From contig JAQGKS010000033.1 of assembly GCA_028289965.1 (NCBI GenBank), positions 1 through 32,527 on the forward strand: a stretch of 32,527 nucleotides of DNA, in the 5' to 3' direction. The number at the start of each line of letters is the position of its first letter. The stretch's first letter is position 1. The DNA comes from Sphingomonas bacterium (GTDB lineage Bacteria > Pseudomonadota > Alphaproteobacteria > Sphingomonadales > Sphingomonadaceae). Under the pieces are notes generated by a model, which was not told where the DNA came from, did no database searches, and saw only the letters and a program-made list of their open reading frames with translations. Below are positions 24,435 to 31,594 of the stretch, in pieces. Position numbers and translations under genes: made by a program.

Positions 24435-25687
24435 TCACCGTCCAGCCGCAGGCGATGCGCCCGGCCGCCGCGTCGCCGGGCCGGATCGCCCCGCCGAGGG
24501 CCGGGATCCTTGGCGTCGGCGCGGCGCTCAGCGTCCTGTTCCTGTACGGCTACATCGCCTCGATCGGCGCCTATGCCGTCACGGTCGGCGGGATTTTCTG
24601 CGGTATCGTCGCGCTGGCATCGCTGCGGCGGATCAAGCTGAACGCGGTCGCGCTATACCTGTTCGTCGCCTTCCTGATCCTTCCGCTGCTCGTCGGCTTC
24701 TTCGCGATCATCCTGCATGCCGAACTCGCCCCGCCGTCCAGCCAGTTCCTGCAATCCTTTGGATTGTGGGTCGTCTCGCTGAGCCTGGTCGTTCTGGGGT
24801 TCCTGTCGACCCGGCCGGTGCTGGTCGCCGCGCCCTTTCTCATCAACGTCGTGATCGTCGTCATCGCCTGCCTCCAGGTGATCGGCGTGCGGGTGTTCAA
24901 TACCTATATCGGGTTCGAACTGGTCCAGCCGCTGATCGGCTTCGACATCTTCAAGAGCTATCTCAACATCTTCAACAACGCCGAAGCCCGCGCGATCGGC
25001 ACCTATTATGAAGCGTCGATGTGCGGCCGCGTGATCGTCACGCTCGCGGTGATCGACTATATGATCAACCGCAAGCTCGCCCGGAACGTCGCCCTGATCC
25101 TGATCGGGCTGGTCACCACCCAGTCGCTCGGCCTGCTCGCGCTCGCGGCGGTGCTCGGCGCGGTGATCGTCGGCGTCTCCGCCCGCGAACTCGTCCTCAT
25201 CGTCGTCGCGAGCACGCTCGCGGTGCCCGCCGGGCAGATCTTCCTGTCGCAGCGATTCACCGCCCAGAGCTTCCAGAGCTCGGACAGCTCCAACTATCGC
25301 CGCGTCGTCGCGCCGATCAACACGATGGGCTATTCGCTCGCCCATTACCCGCTCGGCCTGCCGATTGGCGCCGAGGAGAATCTCGCGATCGAGACCGGCT
25401 ATTTCCAGGATACCGGCGAGGTGAAGATCACCAACGGCCTGTATCAGTTCATCATGCTGTTCGGCCTGCTCGGGATCCTGTCGCTCGCATACGCGCTGAT
25501 CCTGCTGTTCGGTTTCCAGATCGGCGGCGAGCGCGAATATGCCGCGATCGTGATCTATGTCCTGCTGTCGACCGCCGCATCGGGAAGTCCGCTGCTGATC
25601 GAATCGTCGCTGCTCATCTATTATTTCGTGGTCGCGTGCCGCTATGGCCGTGCCCGGCGGATCGCCGAGCAGGCCGCGCGCCGTTGA
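24431..25687 (+). CDS. wcaD: polytopic membrane protein, WcaD-like putative polysaccharide polymerase
   Basis: There is an ATGA overlap with the wcaE-like gene. The protein is 418 aa with at least 9 TM segments. SSNYRRVVAPINTMGYSLAHYP and KITNGLYQFIMLFG parallel E. coli WcaD (SSSYYRIVGPLVMVGYSLTH; TIDNGLYLLIIYF), as I recall that sequence. Its codons are visibly more A/T-rich than those of its neighbours. Confidence 0.6.
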   Translation: MITVQPQAMRPAAASPGRIAPPRAGILGVGAALSVLFLYGYIASIGAYAVTVGGIFCGIVALASLRRIKLNAVALYLFVAFLILPLLVGFFAIILHAELAPPSSQFLQSFGLWVVSLSLVVLGFLSTRPVLVAAPFLINVVIVVIACLQVIGVRVFNTYIGFELVQPLIGFDIFKSYLNIFNNAEARAIGTYYEASMCGRVIVTLAVIDYMINRKLARNVALILIGLVTTQSLGLLALAAVLGAVIVGVSARELVLIVVASTLAVPAGQIFLSQRFTAQSFQSSDSSNYRRVVAPINTMGYSLAHYPLGLPIGAEENLAIETGYFQDTGEVKITNGLYQFIMLFGLLGILSLAYALILLFGFQIGGEREYAAIVIYVLLSTAASGSPLLIESSLLIYYFVVACRYGRARRIAEQAARR

Positions 25688-25689
25688 TC

Positions 25690-25806
25690 TCGCGTCCGAA
25701 GCGCGCCCGGCTTGGCGACCATATCCACCCGAACGCGGCCCGCTACACCGTCCTCGCCGATGCGATCGCGGCCGACATCGGCATCTGCGCGCCGCTGCCG
25801 GCCTGA
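25690..25806 (+). pseudogene. C-terminal remnant of an SGNH/GDSL hydrolase gene
   Basis: The frame ending at TGA 25804-25806 reads ...RLGDHIHPNAARYTVLADAIAADIGICAPLPA*, which is SGNH block V (D-x-x-H-P-N) plus the C-terminal helix. No start codon and no blocks I-III exist upstream, where the wcaD-like gene occupies the DNA. Confidence 0.45.
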
Positions 25807-25810
25807 CCGG

Positions 25811-26959
25811 CTATAGCAGCGGCCTGATCAGCGCCGCGGCGCGCCAGCCGAGATATTGGTGGCCGAGCGCGGTCGGGTGGACATTGTCGCCGCCGGTATA
25901 GGCCGCCATGTTCGCCGGATTGACGATGTTGTTGATGTCGAGGAACGGGCTGCCGAGCGCAGTCGCCCGCTCGATCAGCGCGGCGCGCACGGTGCTGAGG
26001 TCGGTCTGCCCGCCGCCCGGCGTCCACGGCCCCATCGTCAGCACCTGCGCCTTGGGCCAGGACGCGCGCAGCGCCGCGACCGCGGCGTCGTAACTGGCCT
26101 TGAGCGCGACGATCCCGGCCGCGTCGGCCGACTTGTCGTTATAGCCCATCGCGGTCACGACATAATCGGGCGCGCGGGTCATAACGGCGATGCCCTTGGC
26201 GATCCGTGCGGTCGGTGCGTTGCCGCCGGCGCTGTTCCAGCCCATCGAGCCGACGCCGTCGGCGTAGAGGTCCATCCCCAGCCGCGCGGCGATCGCCCCG
26301 GCATAGGTCCGCGCGACCGATGCCGCCCCGGTGCTCTGGGTATAGCTGTCGCCGAGGAAGGCGATCAGCTTGCGGGTGGTGCGCTCCTGGGGAAACCAGA
26401 TCGATCCGCCGGCATCCAGATAGACCGCGCTGAACCGCAGGTTGAAGCCCGACACCCGGTAGAGCCGCGGCTTGCGCGGGAAGGCGTCGGCCGTCCAGTC
26501 GAGCTTGGTCTGGTTGAACTGGCCGTTCGCCGACAGCGAGAATTGCGACGCGCGGACGAGCATGTCGTCGACGTGGATGTCGAACTTGCTGTTGAAGTTG
26601 ACCAGGCCGAACTCGATCGTCTGCGCGTCGGACATGAACTCCCAGCACATATATTTGTCCGACGCCGCGACGCCCGCGCCGTCCGAGGGCGTGTGTCCCT
26701 GCCCCGCGACGACAACCGTCGGCGTCCCCGTCTTGAACATCGCCGCGTTGATCGGCGAGAGGACGACCGGGCTGGCGATCGTGCTCGCCGCCGAGGCGTC
26801 GGTGATCGTGATCGTCGGCGGTGCCGCCATCACCGTGAATTGCGGCAGCACCCCCGGCGGCTGCACCGCGCGGCCGAGCAGCCCGATCGATCGCGTGTTG
26901 GCGCCGGACGCGCCCCGCGCCTGCGCGGCCATGCCGCGCGCGAGGACGTCGGCGCTCAC
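25811..26959 (-). CDS. SGNH/GDSL hydrolase-fold protein with an N-terminal beta-rich domain of about 190 aa (esterase or acyl-transfer enzyme)
   Basis: GTG start with a GTGA overlap onto the upstream gene. SGNH blocks are present: I (IAFLGDSYTQ), III (VVTAMGYNDK) and V (GGDNVHPTALGHQYLG). There is no signal peptide and the N-terminal domain has no recognisable motif. Confidence 0.75.
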   Translation of the reverse strand: MSADVLARGMAAQARGASGANTRSIGLLGRAVQPPGVLPQFTVMAAPPTITITDASAASTIASPVVLSPINAAMFKTGTPTVVVAGQGHTPSDGAGVAASDKYMCWEFMSDAQTIEFGLVNFNSKFDIHVDDMLVRASQFSLSANGQFNQTKLDWTADAFPRKPRLYRVSGFNLRFSAVYLDAGGSIWFPQERTTRKLIAFLGDSYTQSTGAASVARTYAGAIAARLGMDLYADGVGSMGWNSAGGNAPTARIAKGIAVMTRAPDYVVTAMGYNDKSADAAGIVALKASYDAAVAALRASWPKAQVLTMGPWTPGGGQTDLSTVRAALIERATALGSPFLDINNIVNPANMAAYTGGDNVHPTALGHQYLGWRAAALIRPLL

Positions 26960-27390
26960 TGCGCCACCCGATAGGTCAGCGTGCCCGACGACAGGGTGAT
27001 CGCCAGATAATAGGTCGCGCCGCCTTCATATTCCTGCGCCACCTCCTCATTGGCGTTCGCCGTGAACGTCGCCCAGGCGGTGCCGGCCAGCGTCAGCGGA
27101 AGCTTGGTCGCGCCCCCGTCGATCGATCGCTGCACCGCGACCGATCCGCTCCACGTTCCGGTCAAGGTCAGCCGGATCGGCCGGCCGGGATCGGGCACGA
27201 ACGGCCCGGCCACCGCCGTCGCCGACGTGCTGCCGACCAGCGGGGCCGACGAGGCCGCCGGCGTTTCGGTGCGGACCGGCAGCGGATCGCCGGCATGGAC
27301 GAAGCGGGCATCCGCCCCGGCCTGGCCAAAGGTCAGGGCATGCGCAGGCACGAAGCCCGCGGGAGTTTCGATGGCAGCGGGTTCCGTCAT
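26956..27390 (-). CDS. small beta-rich protein of unknown function
   Basis: The ATG at 27390 (MTEPAA...) sits behind AAGGGATGAG, with an alternative ATG at 27399. There is no signal peptide. The segment LTLTGTWSGSVAVQRSIDGGATKLPL contains an Asp-box-like S-x-D-G-G-x-T. The gene is translationally coupled to the SGNH gene. Confidence 0.5.
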   Translation of the reverse strand: MTEPAAIETPAGFVPAHALTFGQAGADARFVHAGDPLPVRTETPAASSAPLVGSTSATAVAGPFVPDPGRPIRLTLTGTWSGSVAVQRSIDGGATKLPLTLAGTAWATFTANANEEVAQEYEGGATYYLAITLSSGTLTYRVAQ

Positions 27391-27568
27391 TGGTCTCATC
27401 CCTTGCAGCAGCGAATCGCCGGTGTTCTTTTTATGTTCAGATCACCCCCTGTAGGACAGCCGATAATGTCCCGCGCGTAGGCCCGCGGAGGCCGGTTGCC
27501 CGCCCTGCCCTAGCGGCTAAGGTCATGCCGGGGGCTTCGCGAACACAGCACCGGACCCAGGAACCATC

Positions 27569-28822
27569 ATGACCGACGACACCTTCTTGTTGATGCGCCG
27601 TCGCACACTCCTGGCCGGCCTCGCCGCCGCCCCGCTTCTCGTCTCGGCCGGTCGCGCCGGGGCGCAGTCGCTCGGCGATCTGCGGTTGCAGGAATGGCTG
27701 GCGGCGCGCGCCGGCAGTGCCGATCCGGTGATCATCCCCGCCTCGCGCCTGCCGCTGTCGATCACCGGCCCGGTGTTCGTGCCGAAGGGGATGAACCTCG
27801 TCATCCGCCGCGATCTGGTCGGCACGCCCAAGGCCGAGCTGGTGCTCTCGGGCACGACGTCGATCCGTTTCGAGGGCAGCCGGGTGACCGATGTGCCGCT
27901 GCGCCTCACCGGCGGCACGATCAGCATCTCGGGGTTCGACTATCGCGGCTACCTCCACAGCGCGGCGATCATGATCCAGGGCGCGGGGCCGTATCGCGAT
28001 CTGCGGATCGAGGATTTCAAGGTCAGCGACGCCAATTTCGGCATCCTGCGCCACGGCCACGGCTCCAGCCTCACCGGCGCGGTCATCCGCCGCGGCCGCT
28101 TCGCGCGGCTGCGCGGCGACGCGATCGAATGGAACGTCTGCCCGCGCGATACCGGCGTGCTCGTCGAGGATCATGAGATTGACGGGATCGACGATCCCCT
28201 CGGCCGGCCGAACTGGGGCATCGGCATCGGCTTTGCGGGGGCCAAATATGATCAGGGGTGGGACCGCGCGGTGTCGGTCAAGAAGTTCACCATCCGCAAC
28301 ATCCGCGGCCGATCGCTCCGCCAGCTCATCCATGTCGAAGCCGGCACCGATTTCACCATCGAACAGATTGTCGGGCACGACATTTCCGACCGCTACAGCG
28401 CGAAGTCCGGCATGCCGAGCGCGGCGGTGTGCTGCTATGGCTGCAGCGATTTCAACGTGAGCGGGGTCACCGCCGACAGCGGCTCGATCCTGCTGTTCGC
28501 CGGCGCGCTCCACAATATCTACATCGTGCCGAGCACCAACTTCACCCTGTCCGACGTCAAGCTCGCCAAGGGCGACATCCAGACCGAGATGGGCGGCGCC
28601 AATTCGTTCGGCCGGTTCCGCCGGATCGATCTCGCCGCCGGATCGATGCGGCTGAACGGCGCCGTCGCCAATCTCGAGCTGACCGACGTCGCGGTGCGCA
28701 GTGCCCGTGGCAAGAAGCCGATCCTCGAGAATCCCGACTTCCTGTCGGGGCCGCTGACCCGGTTCCGACCCAAGGCGCCGAACAGCAAGCGGACCCGGCT
28801 GACGCTCCGTCCCGGCGTGTGA
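27569..28822 (+). CDS. wcaM: Tat-signal right-handed beta-helix protein, WcaM-like
   Basis: It has the twin-arginine leader MRRRTLLAGLAAAPLLVSAGRAGA. LRGDAIEWNV, PNWGIGIGFAGAKYD, RQLIHVEAGTDF and CCYGCSDFNV parallel E. coli WcaM (LQGDAIEWNV, INWGIGIGLAGSTYD, RQLIHVENGKHF, IYGCDNFV), as I recall that sequence. Confidence 0.7.
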   Translation: MTDDTFLLMRRRTLLAGLAAAPLLVSAGRAGAQSLGDLRLQEWLAARAGSADPVIIPASRLPLSITGPVFVPKGMNLVIRRDLVGTPKAELVLSGTTSIRFEGSRVTDVPLRLTGGTISISGFDYRGYLHSAAIMIQGAGPYRDLRIEDFKVSDANFGILRHGHGSSLTGAVIRRGRFARLRGDAIEWNVCPRDTGVLVEDHEIDGIDDPLGRPNWGIGIGFAGAKYDQGWDRAVSVKKFTIRNIRGRSLRQLIHVEAGTDFTIEQIVGHDISDRYSAKSGMPSAAVCCYGCSDFNVSGVTADSGSILLFAGALHNIYIVPSTNFTLSDVKLAKGDIQTEMGGANSFGRFRRIDLAAGSMRLNGAVANLELTDVAVRSARGKKPILENPDFLSGPLTRFRPKAPNSKRTRLTLRPGV

Positions 28823-28826
28823 CGTC

Positions 28827-29516
28827 CTACGCCGGCGGTTTGCGCGCGATCACGACATAGTTTTTGGGATTGCCGCGGCCGGTGAACCGCTGCGTCTCGT
28901 CGATCCGGTAGAACAGGTTGGCGAGCGGCGGGAAACTCAGCTTGGCGAACAGCACCGCGGCCAGGCCGACCCAGCCGAGCAGTCCCGGCGCGATCCGGCC
29001 GGGCTGCGACGGCAGGTTCTTCGCGGCCGTCTCCAGCTGATAGCCGATGCTGCCGAACAGCCCTTCCATCCAGTCGAGCCGCTCGATCTCGAACCCCGCC
29101 GCGCCGAGCAGATGGCGCCATCCGAACTGGGTGTAGCGGTAGAAATCATAGGGCTGCTCATGCTCCTCGAACTGGAGCGGGGCGGTGCAGATCATCGTGC
29201 CGCCGGGCTTCAGCACCCGGTTGAGCTCGGTCAGCGCGTCGAGCGGCCGGGGCAGATGCTCCATTACCTGGTTGAACGCGATCGCGTCGAACCGCGCATC
29301 CTCCACCGGGATCGCGGCGAGGTCGCAGACATAGGTCGACCGGGCGTAGGGCTTGTCGACCTTCTCGAAGTCCGCCGCCTCATAGGTGCAGTGGGCGAAG
29401 AACTTCTTGTAGATCTGGTCGCCCGCCCCCGCGTCGAGGACCAAAGATCCCGGCGCAACGCCCGCCGCGAACGCCTCATTCTCGCGATCGAGCCAGGTCC
29501 GTGATGAATTTCGCAT
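28827..29516 (-). CDS. class I SAM-dependent methyltransferase
   Basis: ATG at 29516 (MRNSSRTWLD...). It has motif I LVLDAGAGDQ, post-I YEAADF, and FDAIAFNQVMEHL / LKPGGTMI (Methyltransf_11/23-like). The longer ORF call to 29684 was rejected. Confidence 0.8.
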   Translation of the reverse strand: MRNSSRTWLDRENEAFAAGVAPGSLVLDAGAGDQIYKKFFAHCTYEAADFEKVDKPYARSTYVCDLAAIPVEDARFDAIAFNQVMEHLPRPLDALTELNRVLKPGGTMICTAPLQFEEHEQPYDFYRYTQFGWRHLLGAAGFEIERLDWMEGLFGSIGYQLETAAKNLPSQPGRIAPGLLGWVGLAAVLFAKLSFPPLANLFYRIDETQRFTGRGNPKNYVVIARKPPA

Positions 29517-29602
29517 TGGCCGCCCTTTTCCCCCAGTGCGCCCGATCGATCCGGTCCGCCATTCCCGTCCGCAACCCGCGTGCCCTCGGCCGCGCGCGCC
29601 GC

Positions 29603-30547
29603 TCAGCCCCGGAACTGCGCCTTCCAGGCGGTGATCGCCTCGGTCGGCAGCCGGATCTCCGTCGGCGTGTCGCCATCGATCCACCGCGCGATCGCGTCAT
29701 CGTCGCCGCGCAACACCGTCGGCAGGTTGGTGTCTCGCGCGATTTCGGTGGCGCGGTTGTCGATCGTCACGATCAGCGCCCGCCGCCCCTTCTGCAGCGC
29801 GCGTACCCCGCCGTGGAGGCGGGTGCCGACGAAGTCCACGTCCTGATCCAGCGCCGCGTTGAACGCATCGGTGCGCGGCATGATCAACTCGATGCCGTCG
29901 ACGCCCAGGCTGCGCATATAGTCGAGATCGTCGCGCTGCTGCGGCCAGAAGGCGACCGATCCATATTTGGCCTTGAGCAATTCGAGCATGCGCCGATCCG
30001 CCGTCGGGTTGCCGCGATAATAGGTCAGCGTGGTCACCACCGCCGGCGCCCGCCGCCGCGGGATGCGCGCGCACCGTTCCGGATCGAGCCGCCACATCGT
30101 CATGCAGCCGGTGTTCGATACCCGCGCCTGCACGCCCTTCAGCTTCTCCGCGGTATAGCCGTCGCGCACCGAATGGACGAAGCCGCGATGGAGGATCCGG
30201 TCAAGCAGCATCCGCGTCTGCGGCCGCATCGGATGGGTATAATCGCGCCACCCGACACCGAGCAGGACGACCGACTTGAGCTTGAGCACGTCGGCCAGGC
30301 CAAGCTTCCACAATGCCTTGCGCGCGAGCATGTTGGGCTGGAGCAGATTGGTGCCGCCGACGATCGACAGGTCGCTCTTGGCGATCAGCGACCGGCTCTG
30401 TTCGCCGATCCGGTCATGGCTTGGCACCCGGAAGACATAGGCGTCGGGAAAAACCTCCCGGATCACGTCGTCCACCGCATCGATGATGATCTCGTCGCCG
30501 AGATTGTCGGTCGAAACGCTCGTGTCGAACAGGGTGATGGTGCGCAC
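29603..30547 (-). CDS. polysaccharide pyruvyl transferase family protein
   Basis: 314 aa. TLFDTSVSTDNLGDEIIIDAV, DLSIVGGTNLL and a C-terminal Rossmann-like half (FVGTRLHGGVRALQKGRRALIVTIDNRA) fit PS_pyruv_trans (WcaK/ExoV/CsaB type). Confidence 0.7.
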   Translation of the reverse strand: MRTITLFDTSVSTDNLGDEIIIDAVDDVIREVFPDAYVFRVPSHDRIGEQSRSLIAKSDLSIVGGTNLLQPNMLARKALWKLGLADVLKLKSVVLLGVGWRDYTHPMRPQTRMLLDRILHRGFVHSVRDGYTAEKLKGVQARVSNTGCMTMWRLDPERCARIPRRRAPAVVTTLTYYRGNPTADRRMLELLKAKYGSVAFWPQQRDDLDYMRSLGVDGIELIMPRTDAFNAALDQDVDFVGTRLHGGVRALQKGRRALIVTIDNRATEIARDTNLPTVLRGDDDAIARWIDGDTPTEIRLPTEAITAWKAQFRG

Positions 30548-30583
30548 GAAGTTTCCTTGGTCGAATGGCGCCGAACCGCCGGC

Positions 30584-31483
30584 TCAGGCGCCGTGCTTCA
30601 GCCGGAGATAGAGGTTGATCGGTCCGCGCAGGTGCCGCTTGAGGAAGGCCGACGGCGTCCGCGTCGGGCGCAGCGCCTTCCACGGCGTTCCCGCCCGGTA
30701 ACGCAGATAATGCGCCTCGAACGGAACCTTGTCCGCGTAATTCCACGGCTTGCGGCGGGTGGTATAGTGGACGATTGCCGGATGCCGGCGGATCCGCTCG
30801 AACGCATCGCGCGGCATCGGCAGCGCGGCGGCATCGCGCCAGCGCGTCCGCGCCTGGAAATTCCAGCGGATGCTCAGATAGGCGATCCGGCCGAGCAGGA
30901 CGGCGTTCAGCGTATCCTGGTCATGGTAGCTGAGGATCGCATGGTTGCGCTCCACATAGGAGACGAAGCGCGGCAGCAGCGCCTCGGCGCGCCATCCCGC
31001 CAGATCGATCAGCAGCACCCCGGCATTGAAATAGACATGGTCGGCGGGCAGCCCGAGCCGCGCATTATTGCCCCCCGCAAACGGGTCCGGCACTGCCCCG
31101 ATCAGCGCCCCGTCGAGCGGCGTCGCCCAGAGCGGGCCAATATCGTCGAGCACGACGATGTCGGCGTCGAGGAACAGGATCCGGTCGATCCCGGCCGGCA
31201 GCACATCGCTCAAAAACAGCCGGAAATAGGATGCCAGCGTGATGTGGTTGTCGAGCCGGAAGTGCCGGTACGGTGTCGTGTCGAAGGTGTGGAACTGGAC
31301 CGTGGCATGGTCGTGCGCCGCCACCACCTGCGCCAGCCGCGACAGGCTTTCGGGCGATACGCCGTGGTGGACGATGTGCAGGTCGATCTGGTGGGCGCGG
31401 TTGCTCTGCAGCAGCGACGTGATCGCGACGGCAAGATGCTCGGCATAATTATCGTCGGTCGAGAAGGCGCACGCAATCCGCAT
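30584..31483 (-). CDS. family 8 glycosyltransferase (RfaJ/GspA-like retaining hexosyltransferase)
   Basis: ATG at 31483. MRIACAFSTDDNYAEHLAVAITSLL, RILFLDADIVVLDDI (DxD), YFNAGVLLIDL and IVHYTTRRKPW are classic GT8 motifs. Confidence 0.85.
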   Translation of the reverse strand: MRIACAFSTDDNYAEHLAVAITSLLQSNRAHQIDLHIVHHGVSPESLSRLAQVVAAHDHATVQFHTFDTTPYRHFRLDNHITLASYFRLFLSDVLPAGIDRILFLDADIVVLDDIGPLWATPLDGALIGAVPDPFAGGNNARLGLPADHVYFNAGVLLIDLAGWRAEALLPRFVSYVERNHAILSYHDQDTLNAVLLGRIAYLSIRWNFQARTRWRDAAALPMPRDAFERIRRHPAIVHYTTRRKPWNYADKVPFEAHYLRYRAGTPWKALRPTRTPSAFLKRHLRGPINLYLRLKHGA

Positions 31484-31594
31484 TGGTTCAGGCGATAGCC
31501 GAGGGGCCGGGCGCGTACAATGCTGGATGACGGGCGGCCGCCGCCGGGTTCCGGAAGGCACGGCGCAAGGCCGCCCTCCACCGCCGGCCTTGGG

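Noticed and set aside
29501-31498. A 665-aa ORF on the plus strand.
   Set aside because: It is antisense to the pyruvyl transferase and GT8 genes, which have clear family motifs. The translation is Arg/Pro/Asp-rich and looks like nonsense.
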